This document shows positions 28,710-37,032 of a stretch of DNA of 63,437 bases, piece after piece; within the stretch, counting starts at the first letter, position 1; every line of letters begins with the position of its first letter. The position numbers were made by a program, and so were the translations under genes. Source of the stretch: a virus. The notes under the pieces were generated by a model, which saw nothing but the letters and a program-made list of their open reading frames with translations, had not been told where the DNA came from and did not search any database. The stretch spans positions 1-63,437 of the IMG/VR virus record IMGVR_UViG_3300033407_000011, one strand, 5' to 3'.

Positions 28710-29357
28710 TCAGGCACCGGGGACCTGCTCTGATGCGCCCACGGCGACGCTATGGCGTTCCATGTGGTCAATCATGGCCTCGACTATCCGATCATTAGTC
28801 CAGCGCCGGTCAACTTCAAAGGGTGGCACCAGTTTACGGCCATAGTCTTCCAGCCAATCCGGACTCATCTGCAGGAGTTGACCGGATAAAGGCTCCTGCC
28901 AGGGGATGGCCAAACCATGTGGTGGTGAATTGCCGTCTGGCGGGTTATTATCTTGTTGAGGTTCCGGAGGTCCCGCGCTGACAGGGACGGCGTTTTGCAC
29001 CATAGCTTCTTCCGGGGTGACGTTGACCGCATGTGCAGCGCCTTCCATCAGGACCAAGTGTTCCTGAGATGTCCTGTATTCTTGACCCGTGATACCCGCA
29101 TCCCCGTGGTCTGAGCCAACCGCGACATTCTCGGTGGCATCCATCTCGATAACGATTAATCCATTGATGACCTCCCGTAGATTAGCATTCACGCTTTTGG
29201 CAACATCTTCCACTGAGCAGATGATGGCCTTGGTGTTGACCGTTTGCAGCAGCTTCTGGAACAGCACGGTCAGGGCTTGTTCACGTTCATGCAGCGTGGC
29301 CGCGCTGGGGCAGTCAAACTGTTGCCCGTCCTGTGTTTCATAGATTTGTTTGTGCAT
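28710..29357 (-). CDS. hypothetical protein
   Basis: 215-aa ORF with ATG start. No motif recognised. Confidence 0.6.
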   Translation of the reverse strand: MHKQIYETQDGQQFDCPSAATLHEREQALTVLFQKLLQTVNTKAIICSVEDVAKSVNANLREVINGLIVIEMDATENVAVGSDHGDAGITGQEYRTSQEHLVLMEGAAHAVNVTPEEAMVQNAVPVSAGPPEPQQDNNPPDGNSPPHGLAIPWQEPLSGQLLQMSPDWLEDYGRKLVPPFEVDRRWTNDRIVEAMIDHMERHSVAVGASEQVPGA

Positions 29358-29396
29358 AATGATTTCCTCTATTTAATAGCCGGTATTTATCCGGAG

Positions 29397-29708
29397 TTAC
29401 CAAATCTTCCACCAGGGTTTTTCTTCTGGCGGTGTAAACGTATCAATGGGGGCGGCATAGCCATAATCGGCGCCGATCTGCTCCAGTTTCAGGTTGGCGC
29501 GGGTGCCCCATTCCAGCAGCCGCACGGACCAGTCCTCCAGATGGCCGTGGCTGTTACCGGCCCGGACTGGCGACGCTTCCGTTATCGTCAGGTGGGCTGG
29601 CACGGTCTCCCGTATAATCTCCTGCTCGTACACGACGTTCTGCTTCCCGCAACCGGCGATCAGCAGTGTTATGCACAGGAGTATCACGCCAAGTTTTATA
29701 GCTTTCAT
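29397..29708 (-). CDS. o-spanin (outer-membrane lipoprotein, Rz1-like)
   Basis: ATG at 29708. MKAIKLGVILLCITLLIAGC has a lipobox (LIAGC). It overlaps the 3' end of the i-spanin gene in another frame. Confidence 0.7.
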   Translation of the reverse strand: MKAIKLGVILLCITLLIAGCGKQNVVYEQEIIRETVPAHLTITEASPVRAGNSHGHLEDWSVRLLEWGTRANLKLEQIGADYGYAAPIDTFTPPEEKPWWKIW

Positions 29709-30009
29709 CGGTGCTCTCCAGTTGGGCGGTGTGTTCGTCATAGCCTGCCACCAAGCCGGATAGTTGGCGGTTTTTGGCGGCCAGTTTTTTGGCTGCGGCA
29801 TCGGATTTCTCGGCTTGTAGCTTCATTTCTTGCATTCTGAGGCGCTGGCGCTCGGTCACCGCTACCAAGCTATTGATTTCCCCCTGCTTCAAGCCAGTCT
29901 CGATTTTGGCGTCCAGTAATGCCTGAAAGGTAAAATATAACGCAGCACACAGGACCAACGTAATGGCGGTCATAATCAGAAAGACTTTGGTTTGCAGGCC
30001 GAATAACAT
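29554..30009 (-). CDS. i-spanin (Rz-like)
   Basis: ATG at 30009 follows GAGGAAA. An N-terminal TM (VFLIMTAITLVLCAALYFTF) is followed by a coiled-coil. Confidence 0.65.
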   Translation of the reverse strand: MLFGLQTKVFLIMTAITLVLCAALYFTFQALLDAKIETGLKQGEINSLVAVTERQRLRMQEMKLQAEKSDAAAKKLAAKNRQLSGLVAGYDEHTAQLESTDESYKTWRDTPVHNTADRRLREAERRVRAGDYTGDRASPPDDNGSVASPGR

Positions 30010-30157
30010 CAGGGTTTCCTCGTGATTAACTGCAATAAAAATTCTATATGCTCGTACCGGATCCACCTTAACTTGGCCGTGGTTTCCCGCTTGAATCTTG
30101 ACTCAATCTCAGCCAGTGTCAGTGGCTCTGGATCATTGACCGGGCAGGTGATCCCCA

Positions 30158-30739
30158 TTACGGCCTCGTATCCGTGTAATCGGTAGGGGTGGTGGTGTCG
30201 TCTTCCGGGTAATCAGGAGGCGCATCATCAAGACGCTGCGGGTGACATGGCCGCACGGTCAATATTTTGCCGATGGCGTACAGCCAACCGTCCTGTTTTT
30301 GTTTGCCACGAACCCGCAAATAATCGTAAATCATCGGGTTAAGCAGTGCCACCAGAATGCCCATGGTGATGACCCACTTCACGGTCAGGGGCTGCGCCTG
30401 TATCAAAAATTGCAGCAATTCCTGAAAGGCATAGGTGCTCCACGCGCCGAACATGAAACCCACCACGATGGCAAACCAGTATTGCCGGGCGACTGAAGGC
30501 AGTATGTTGTGGGTTTTAACGCTGATTTTTTTCCAGTAAGTGATCACGGCCAACGTGAGTGTGACAGCCACAATAAATGGAAAGGCCAGCATAACCAGAT
30601 ACACCCAGCCGTCCAGCGTGGTGAACCCGGGTCCGCCGGGCAGGGTGTTCTGAGGTGGGTAGGAGTAGGTGTCCTGGATCCCGGGATAACCCTCGCCGTC
30701 ACCTATGGCATGAGCCCTCTGTAGCAGCCAGTCAAACAT
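30158..30739 (-). CDS. multi-pass membrane protein (holin candidate)
   Basis: 193 aa with about 4 hydrophobic helices and a charged C-terminal tail. It lies between the DUF5675-like gene and the spanins. Confidence 0.5.
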   Translation of the reverse strand: MFDWLLQRAHAIGDGEGYPGIQDTYSYPPQNTLPGGPGFTTLDGWVYLVMLAFPFIVAVTLTLAVITYWKKISVKTHNILPSVARQYWFAIVVGFMFGAWSTYAFQELLQFLIQAQPLTVKWVITMGILVALLNPMIYDYLRVRGKQKQDGWLYAIGKILTVRPCHPQRLDDAPPDYPEDDTTTPTDYTDTRP

Positions 30740-31238
30740 TACGGATCTCCAGCCGGAAGCGCTTGATACCTGCCATGTAACTCATGAACTGCCTGAATGC
30801 GATGGCGCTGTCTTTGACCATCGGCACGGCAGGATCCCGGGACAACCCGGGAGCCAGGCAACCGCCCAGTTCGTACGGATAGTTGGCAATGTGCATCTTG
30901 ATATGCTTGCGTCCAGGCACATGCAGAATTTCATAAGCTGGATAATCCGGCTTGCCACCGGGTCCGTCGCCACCGTAGTACATGCCGATAACGCACTCAA
31001 AGCTGTCAGCCGGAATACAACTGACGCCGGGCCGATTGTCACGCCAGGGCAATTCCAGGATATGCAGGTTAAGGTTTTTGAAGGCATCATTGGGATTGTA
31101 CAAATTGTCACGCCAGGGCAATTCCAGGATATGCAGGTTAGGGTTTTTGAAGGCATCATTGGGATTGTACAAAACGCCGAAGGTCACCCGGTCGGTGCGG
31201 TAATTACGATCCAGTATCAGTCTGCTTTTATCGACCAT
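30732..31238 (-). CDS. DUF5675-like protein (possible cell-wall enzyme of the lysis cassette) with an internal 23-aa duplication
   Basis: 168 aa. ELPWRDN...SCIPADSFEC...VPGRKHIKMHIANYPYELGGCLAPG fits my recollection of the DUF5675 pattern. Its position is upstream of the holin-like gene. Confidence 0.45.
   Translation of the reverse strand: MVDKSRLILDRNYRTDRVTFGVLYNPNDAFKNPNLHILELPWRDNLYNPNDAFKNLNLHILELPWRDNRPGVSCIPADSFECVIGMYYGGDGPGGKPDYPAYEILHVPGRKHIKMHIANYPYELGGCLAPGLSRDPAVPMVKDSAIAFRQFMSYMAGIKRFRLEIRNV
31035..31172. repeat. 69-bp tandem duplication (2 copies, 1 mismatch)
   Basis: 31035..31103 and 31104..31172 are identical except A/G at unit position 38. It is in frame and duplicates NPNDAFKN(P/L)NLHILELPWRDN. 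Confidence 0.9.
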
Positions 31239-31360
31239 GGCCTCATCATACCGTTAAAAGTCCCGGGTCACTGGGGAGATGACCAGGGGAGTTGCATCAC
31301 TATCCACAATTGGGGGAGGAGGTCTGAGGATAGTCTCGAAATAAAAAGATAGCACTAATA

Positions 31361-31594
31361 TCACCATCTTGCCACACCCTGTACCTGCTGCAACTGGCCA
31401 GGCTTAGTTAATGCAGGCTTGATTAATGGTGGTCTCGCAGCGAACTCCAGTTCCATAACGGCCAGTTGCAGGTGTTTCAGGGCGCGGTTATAGCGCATAC
31501 CGGCTGCACTGTCTTTTTCCTGGACCATGAGTTGGCTGACCATATTGATCTGCATGTTGAGCAGGAACAGGATATCGTGGTTAGTGTATTTCAT
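31361..31594 (-). CDS. hypothetical small protein
   Basis: ATG at 31594 follows GGAGGA. ATGA overlap with the stop of the 222-aa ORF. Confidence 0.55.
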   Translation of the reverse strand: MKYTNHDILFLLNMQINMVSQLMVQEKDSAAGMRYNRALKHLQLAVMELEFAARPPLIKPALTKPGQLQQVQGVARW

Positions 31595-32259
31595 TGGGTG
31601 TCCTCCAGATAACTCTCGATCACGGCTTTGGCCGGCCACGGGCTAATCGCGTTGCCGTAGGCGCGTAGTCGTCCCACATGATTGGCAGTCCGATGAGCCA
31701 CCGGGAATGTGCCGGGTTCAACTGCACAGAGTTCGTATTCTCCGGGTTTACTGGGGTGCCGGCGCCAGATCCACTCGGCATCTGCCCAGAATCCGCCAAG
31801 AGGGCTTGGTTGGATAATTGCTCTCCCTTCTTGTATCCATATCGCTTCTGGTAGGTATTTTTGTTTTTCCCCTTGTGATCGCGCACTGCCGGTGTCGCCC
31901 AGTTCGACAGCAGTACAGCATCCTTCAGGTCGATCCGGTAACTGCCCGTCGATTCCGGATCCCGCTGGATGTCCTTTTTCAGCCGTCCCTGTTCTTTTGC
32001 CTGCCGCGCTGAAAGGTTGGCAAGGGCAGGATCCAGTCCAGACCGGGCGCTCGTCCGGCCATTCGGCAAGTCTGAGCGCGTAGGACCAGACGCCGATCCC
32101 GGCGAAGAAGTGGCACTGGGTATAGCCAGCAAGTTCAGTTGGTTTGACATCCTCGATACTCCGTTCATCCACATCGCCCGACGCCAGTATGCCAGCGTCA
32201 ATCAGGTTGCGCAGCCACTGGGCACAGTAGGGATCAATCTCGTTGTAATACGCTGTCAC
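31591..32259 (-). pseudogene. cytosine-5 DNA methyltransferase relic (core motifs missing; second nested frame 31620..32201)
   Basis: GTG start in a GTGA overlap. Motif I ([10 protein letters not shown]) and motif IV ([13 protein letters not shown]) are present. No ENV or QxRxR motif appears in any frame. The +1 frame encodes [12 protein letters not shown] and [18 protein letters not shown]. Confidence 0.55.
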
Positions 32260-32999
32260 TCATCCGCCTTGTGATAGCAACGCGGCAGGTAGTTAATCAG
32301 CTTGTGTTCTGCCGCCCACTCCCATAATACGCCGGGCGGCACATCGTACCAGTGTTCAAAACCCAGTTGGGCTTTCAGGATTTCCCAGCCCCACTGTTCC
32401 AGATGCTTGATCACCTGTTGATCAAAACAATCCTTGGCTTGTTCTACGGTCGCTCCCTCGGGGAATATTTCATACGCGACCAGGCACTCCAGTTCACCGT
32501 TCTGGTGCTGGATGCTGTGCTCGGTATGGGTCATGGGGACCATCCACCAGCCCGGTTTATAGGCAGTGCCAGCGCCTTTAGCGATGCGGCGCACATGACA
32601 AGCGATAGATCGGCCTACACCATCCTTATGCTCGTTATAGTTGCCGGATATCCATGATTTGCAGTAGGTCAGCCAATCTGCATATTCTCCCGGTGAGCCA
32701 ATCTTGCCCCAGACGAGCGGACAGCGGAAAAAGCCGCTCACCTTCAATTCCCGCGCCTCGTTGCCGTACGGGTGGGTAGATTCAGTTGCATCGGCCAGGG
32801 TCGCTATGTCACCCTCGGCCAGAGTCACGTGCATAATATGGCCGGTTTTGGTGGCCGTAGCGGTATCCATGCCCCGGAACACTTCCAGTTGTTCAGGATC
32901 CTGCAGTCGCAGTTTAATCCAGGGTCCAATCGAGCGGCTTTCCCCCCAGTCCAGCAACTGAGCCTCGGAGTGCAGTAGAATATTCAGCGGATCGGTCAT
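32256..32999 (-). CDS. hypothetical protein (possible DUF968/HNH-like C-terminal half)
   Basis: ATG at 32999 in an ATGA overlap (the listed start is TTG). ACHVRRIAKGAGTAYKPGWWMVPMTHTEHSIQHQNG weakly resembles the DUF968 pattern. Confidence 0.35.
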   Translation of the reverse strand: MTDPLNILLHSEAQLLDWGESRSIGPWIKLRLQDPEQLEVFRGMDTATATKTGHIMHVTLAEGDIATLADATESTHPYGNEARELKVSGFFRCPLVWGKIGSPGEYADWLTYCKSWISGNYNEHKDGVGRSIACHVRRIAKGAGTAYKPGWWMVPMTHTEHSIQHQNGELECLVAYEIFPEGATVEQAKDCFDQQVIKHLEQWGWEILKAQLGFEHWYDVPPGVLWEWAAEHKLINYLPRCYHKADE

Positions 33000-33526
33000 G
33001 CTTGTGTCCAAATATATGCTGCATCCCGTGACATCCCATGGTTGTCATGGAAACCGTATTGTTTTTCTAACTGCTTTCTTTTAGCGATGGCATCATTAAT
33101 GTCCGCGTGTAAGCCGCCGCTGATGTGTTTGCCATTATGGTGAATCTGGGCTTCCCATTTCTTATCTCTGGGTTTCCAGACCACTCCCACCGTGCCGCTT
33201 GAATTATTTTTGTGTAATGACCGGTTCCTACTGTTTAATTTACGGGTTGCTTCACATAAGTTGGTAATACAGTTACAGTCACGTTTATGATTTTCATGAT
33301 CGATCTCATCAACAGGCCATTGCCCATAAACATATAACCAAGCAAGACGGTGTGCCAGATATCGCCGCCCGTTAATCTGAATGTAACGATAGCCATCAGG
33401 GTGTAAAGAACCGCCCACGTTGCCGCGCTTTTCTCTGCCTCTCGAAACCTTCCAGACAAACACGCCAGTATCCGGATTGTAGTCCAGCAGTTCTTTCAGT
33501 TCGCTTTGTGTAATATCGCTCACCAC
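32996..33526 (-). CDS. HNH endonuclease with AP2-type DNA-binding domain
   Basis: 176 aa. LAHRLAWLYVYGQWPVDEIDHENHKRDCNCITNLCEATRKLNSRN (HNH_3) followed by SGTVGVVWKPRDKKWEAQIHHNGKHISGGLH (AP2-like). Confidence 0.8.
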   Translation of the reverse strand: MVSDITQSELKELLDYNPDTGVFVWKVSRGREKRGNVGGSLHPDGYRYIQINGRRYLAHRLAWLYVYGQWPVDEIDHENHKRDCNCITNLCEATRKLNSRNRSLHKNNSSGTVGVVWKPRDKKWEAQIHHNGKHISGGLHADINDAIAKRKQLEKQYGFHDNHGMSRDAAYIWTQA

Positions 33527-33822
33527 GCCGCCTCGGTGAGCTCATACACGTTCCGGTTGTCCTTGCGTTCGCCGGTCTTGCGTATCAGCCCATTGGTCTC
33601 CAGTGGCTTGAACCTGGGGCTGATCGAGATAATCGCATTCTGGCCAAAGCCACGATGTTTGATCAACCAGTTGGCGGCATCCAGCGATGTGCCTTTCACC
33701 AATATCCGGAGCGCCAGCAGGGTCATGGCTTCCAGGTTCGGGAGTTTCTCGGTGACCTTGCGGGCGGCTTCATGAGAGGTCGTTGGATCACCGGTTCTGG
33801 CCAGTGCCTGATCAGTGCTCAT
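33520..33822 (-). CDS. winged-helix DNA-binding protein
   Basis: 100 aa with a MarR-like pattern (TLLALRILVKG...NGLIRKTGERKDNRNVYELT). Confidence 0.55.
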   Translation of the reverse strand: MSTDQALARTGDPTTSHEAARKVTEKLPNLEAMTLLALRILVKGTSLDAANWLIKHRGFGQNAIISISPRFKPLETNGLIRKTGERKDNRNVYELTEAAW

Positions 33823-34762
33823 GTTTTGCCTCCTCGGCTTTCAGCCGTTTGATCACCCGGTTGGTAAAATCATTCCAGTATTCCCCTTGCTTCCATTCGA
33901 TTCCAAAATTCTTGCCTATTACCTGATAATCCACTGGGTTACTGCCGTTTTGTTTTTTGGCTGTATCATTGCGCAACTCAACCCATTTTTCCCAACGCCG
34001 GCCTGATAACCAGCCCTGTGGCCATTTCGGTGTCAGCCCCTTATCCAGCAGGATATTGCGGTGTTTGGCTTCCTGCTCTGCGCCGTACAGGATATCCGGT
34101 AACAGTTTTTTGGTGACTTTCAGATCCAGCCAGGCATCTGCCGCTTCGGCCTTGCCGTCAAACTTGGCAAAGGTTTTCCAGAACTGATCAAACCAGAGAA
34201 ACTGATCCCCGTACAGCTTACGCTTTTTTTTGGTCAGGTAGGTTTCGGTGTCAACGAGGATTGGATCGGGTGGTGTTGGTTCAGTTTTTGAGACAGTCTC
34301 ACCTGTTTGTGTACCCGATTTGTGAGAATCGGGAAAGTTAGTATTCAATTCCCTTCCCTTCCCTTCCCTTCCCTTCACGATGGACGGGTACTGGACGGGT
34401 ACTGGAATATTACTGGAGTCTTCCCATGTTATTTTTATCTTTTTGATTTTACTGTCATTTTTATGACTGATGACCTGATGTTCTGAAAATGTACAGATGT
34501 TGCCGTAAGTTTTCCCGTCTTCTCCCCGCCCAATCTTGATCCACCCTACTTTTTGCAGTTGTTGGAGCATTACTGGAATGGTACTGGAATGTTCCCGTAA
34601 CGGTATGCACTCGGCTTTGACGAGTCCTGGATGGGCATTGAAATACCCTTCATCGTCGGCATAGTTGAGTAATGCCCCAGCCAGAATATGGGTATCCGCC
34701 GGGAGCAGACTCAATACCTCATGCTTCCAGAACCCCGGCTTAATAGTGCGGATCCTGGCCAT
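33812..34762 (-). CDS. replication initiator / replisome organiser-like protein (putative)
   Basis: ATG at 34762 (MARIRTIKPGFWKHE...LLNYADDEGYF). The C-terminus WLDLKV...PKWPQGWLSGRRWEKW is DUF1376/DnaD-like. The gene contains phased repeats and an AT-rich block. Confidence 0.5.
   Translation of the reverse strand: MARIRTIKPGFWKHEVLSLLPADTHILAGALLNYADDEGYFNAHPGLVKAECIPLREHSSTIPVMLQQLQKVGWIKIGRGEDGKTYGNICTFSEHQVISHKNDSKIKKIKITWEDSSNIPVPVQYPSIVKGREGKGRELNTNFPDSHKSGTQTGETVSKTEPTPPDPILVDTETYLTKKKRKLYGDQFLWFDQFWKTFAKFDGKAEAADAWLDLKVTKKLLPDILYGAEQEAKHRNILLDKGLTPKWPQGWLSGRRWEKWVELRNDTAKKQNGSNPVDYQVIGKNFGIEWKQGEYWNDFTNRVIKRLKAEEAKHEH
34351..34588. repeat. candidate origin: (CCCTT)5, five TACTGGA iterons at 11-bp phasing, and an AT-rich core
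   Basis: CCCTT x5 lies at 34351..34375. TACTGGA occurs at 34389, 34400, 34411, 34571 and 34582. The AT-rich stretch at 34420..34470 is atgttatttttatctttttgattttactgtcatttttatg. Confidence 0.5.
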
Positions 34763-34764
34763 AA

Positions 34765-34986
34765 TCAAACGTTCTTGTGATGACGTTTGAAATGTTTGAT
34801 TAAGGGGTGCTGTCGCAGTGCATCATAATGGGCTTGTCCGGCTGTTCTGCGGCCACTCCGGAACGCGTTATTGGTGATCTTGATAATGTAGTTGTAATCG
34901 ACGCCGGTTTCCCGGGCGATCTTCGGGTACTGACCTTTCAATCCCTTGAGCCGTCTCAGTATTTCTGCATGGCTCATGCGTGGCAT
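34765..34986 (-). CDS. small HTH protein
   Basis: 73 aa. YPKIARETGVDYNYIIKITNN is an HTH-like segment. Confidence 0.5.
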   Translation of the reverse strand: MPRMSHAEILRRLKGLKGQYPKIARETGVDYNYIIKITNNAFRSGRRTAGQAHYDALRQHPLIKHFKRHHKNV

Positions 34987-35027
34987 AGCGTGTCCTCTTT
35001 GTTGGTATCAGATTGATAGGGATCGGA

Positions 35028-35336
35028 TCATCCTCTTGTCATAGGGATTTTTTGTGCATCGATATATTTTTTTGCGTCTTCAGGGTGAATAACATACCTT
35101 CTGCCATGACCACAAGAAACCAGTCTTGCTTTTAAAAAGCCTTGTTTAATATCGTTTTGTATTGTTGCAATGCTTCGCCCGGATTCCAGCACCATTTCTT
35201 TTACCGAAACATACACGGCATCTGGGTCTATCGGCTCATTCCGCCCATACAATTCATTTTGTAAATCAATAGCTTCTTGCGCCCTTCTTTTTGCTTCAAC
35301 GCGCCGCCTTAGTTGTTCGAGTTCGTCTTTTGTCAT
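35028..35336 (-). CDS. HTH (MerR/excisionase-like) DNA-binding regulator; first gene of the leftward arm
   Basis: ATG at 35336 follows AGGAAAAG (the listed 35417 start is GTG). VYVSVKEMVLESGRSIATIQNDIKQG...YVIHPEDAKKYI. Confidence 0.5.
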   Translation of the reverse strand: MTKDELEQLRRRVEAKRRAQEAIDLQNELYGRNEPIDPDAVYVSVKEMVLESGRSIATIQNDIKQGFLKARLVSCGHGRRYVIHPEDAKKYIDAQKIPMTRG

Positions 35337-35452
35337 TTCTTTTCCTGCGTACAGTTTGCACATCATAAACACACCCGGCTGTGTTCGAGCAGACAACCGG
35401 GCATGTAGGCTGGCCACGTAGCGCCTATGGCGTCTCTGGGTAGCCCAATTTA

Positions 35453-35481
35453 ATTAAATATCATAAATGCAAAAAATGCAA
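35453..35481 (-). promoter_or_regulatory. candidate leftward sigma70-type promoter
   Basis: On the minus strand, TTGCAT (35481..35476), a 17-nt spacer, then TTTAAT (35458..35453). TTGCAT is repeated 9 bp downstream. The intergenic region is AT-rich. Confidence 0.3.
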
Positions 35482-35498
35482 GTAGCAGTAAATAAAAC

Positions 35499-35527
35499 TT
35501 GCTTTATTTTTTAGACTGGTCTATTTT
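35499..35527 (+). promoter_or_regulatory. candidate rightward sigma70-type promoter
   Basis: TTGCTT (35499..35504), a 17-nt spacer, then TATTTT (35522..35527), about 30 nt upstream of the first plus-strand ATG. Confidence 0.3.
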
Positions 35528-35558
35528 TATGGGGCAAGTAGTTAACAAGGAGATAATT

Positions 35559-35768
35559 ATGCACCCGCTTTATATCATCATGTTGTGTATGCTTGCCCTG
35601 GCAGGCACAAGCTATATGGCAAAATCCATTAATGACATGCCGCTGGTCTATGTCGGCAGCCCCAGTAATCAGTGCAAACAAGTCCTGTCCAAAGATCCAA
35701 TCCATACCTGCGACAATTTGCCGCGTAAATACGGTCTGGTCTGGGTTGCAGATGAATATCAACCTTAA
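35559..35768 (+). CDS. small secreted or membrane-anchored protein
   Basis: ATG at 35559 follows AAGGAGA. MHPLYIIMLCMLALAGTSYMA is signal-peptide-like. Confidence 0.55.
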   Translation: MHPLYIIMLCMLALAGTSYMAKSINDMPLVYVGSPSNQCKQVLSKDPIHTCDNLPRKYGLVWVADEYQP

Positions 35769-35792
35769 CCCGTACATTACAAGGAGCCTATT

Positions 35793-36248
35793 ATGTTAAG
35801 CAAAAACCTGTTACGCATTCTCCGTGAAGACATTAATGCCGCGCTGGTCGAAGCCGGCAAAAAACACAACATGACACTCCACGCCGGGAATTGCAGTTAC
35901 TCCGGCGATACCGCCACGTTCAAGCTGGAAGTCCAGACTGTCGGTGGATTGAGCAAGGAAGCACAGGCATTCAATGAACTGGCCAGCGCGATTGGCATGG
36001 AGCCTGATGATCTGGGCCGCACGCTGTATATTGATGGCAAGGAATTCAAGATTGCCGGATACCTGACTCGCGCCAGAAACAATAACATCCTGATTGAATC
36101 AGCGGATAGCAAAAAAAGATCCAAGATCAATATTTCAATGGCAAAAATCTTGTTAAATGCTCATGGCTCTAGCCAGCATGAAGATGATCGCGTCAATCAG
36201 GGCATGGGCGTGAGAACCCGTAATTCAGCCGGAATGGAACCATCGTGA
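35793..36248 (+). CDS. hypothetical protein (contains the left 59-bp inverted repeat)
   Basis: 151 aa with RBS AAGGAG. Confidence 0.65.
   Translation: MLSKNLLRILREDINAALVEAGKKHNMTLHAGNCSYSGDTATFKLEVQTVGGLSKEAQAFNELASAIGMEPDDLGRTLYIDGKEFKIAGYLTRARNNNILIESADSKKRSKINISMAKILLNAHGSSQHEDDRVNQGMGVRTRNSAGMEPS
35967..36025. repeat. left arm of a perfect 59-bp inverted repeat
   Basis: GCATTCAATGAACTGGCCAGCGCGATTGGCATGGAGCCTGATGATCTGGGCCGCACGCT is the exact reverse complement of 41093..41151. Confidence 0.95.
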
Positions 36249-36310
36249 AGACGCCGATCCAGCGATTGATAGCCGTAGTCAGGCGGAGATGGTGAACGGA
36301 TACCGATGCC

Positions 36311-36820
36311 ATGAGTTCATCATTTTGCACGTGTTGTGGCCGTGGTCTGAAAGACCCGACTTCTATTGAGAAAGGGATAGGCTCCATCTGTGCCGCCAAG
36401 CAGGCCGCCGAAAATGCAAGAGCCGAGGCGGAAAATGAAAACCCGGTATTGTATGGCGTTGGCAACATCCTTGACGTTGGTTTGGTCTGCAAACGGCTGG
36501 AGGGTGGCCGTCTCGCCTGCAATATTCTACAGATTCATGCCCACCACAGCCCAACTGGTATGGAATGCGGCTATGGCGGCAGCGGCCCGGCAGACTTGGC
36601 CTTGAATGTCATGGCCATATTCTGCCCGATAGATAAATCACACATGGATGAAGATCTCGTCAAGTTATATGACGGCAGCCAAGTATCAAGGCGTGCATGG
36701 GATCTGCATCAGAACTTCAAGCGCCAGTATATTGCCGGACTAAGTAAACATGGAGGCACGATCAGCGCTGAGACCATTCGCAAGTTCATTGCAGATAATT
36801 ATGTGGAGTCACTGATATGA
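36311..36820 (+). CDS. DUF6011-like protein
   Basis: The N-terminal CTCCGRGLKDPTSIEKGIGSICAAK matches the C..CGR.L.DP.S...GIG..C signature. Confidence 0.55.
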   Translation: MSSSFCTCCGRGLKDPTSIEKGIGSICAAKQAAENARAEAENENPVLYGVGNILDVGLVCKRLEGGRLACNILQIHAHHSPTGMECGYGGSGPADLALNVMAIFCPIDKSHMDEDLVKLYDGSQVSRRAWDLHQNFKRQYIAGLSKHGGTISAETIRKFIADNYVESLI

Positions 36821-37032
36821 AATTTGGCGAACTCACACAGTCACAGAAGATGCAGGCATGTAATCTATTTGGTGGACGGCATTATGATGGACTTGATTAT
36901 GAAGTTGATCCATCCGGGCGGGTACTATCACGCAGTTACCGCCCACCTGTGGAGTTTGTTTGCAGCTACTGCATGGAGAAGGTGATCGCGCCACATTACT
37001 GCATGGCTAAATATTCACAGGAGTCCTGTTGA
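36817..37032 (+). CDS. hypothetical small Cys-containing protein
   Basis: 71 aa. ATGA-coupled. Confidence 0.5.
   Translation: MKFGELTQSQKMQACNLFGGRHYDGLDYEVDPSGRVLSRSYRPPVEFVCSYCMEKVIAPHYCMAKYSQESC

Noticed and set aside
30782-31159. Alternative-frame 125-aa ORF across the 69-bp duplication
   Set aside because: It owes its length to the duplicated sequence. Its translation is repetitive with no motif. The other frame gives the DUF5675-like pattern and proper coupling to neighbours.
34351-34375. (CCCTT)5 as a deliberate phase-variation switch of the initiator gene
   Set aside because: Five copies is short for efficient slippage. Switching off a replication initiator has no obvious benefit for a phage. 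I keep it only as a note within the origin finding until read-level variation is examined.
33520-35336. A lysogeny module (repressor or integrase) in the leftward early region
   Set aside because: Several small HTH proteins are present, but I saw no tyrosine or serine recombinase motifs, no excisionase-integrase pair and no att-like repeats. The lifestyle cannot be inferred from the HTH proteins alone.
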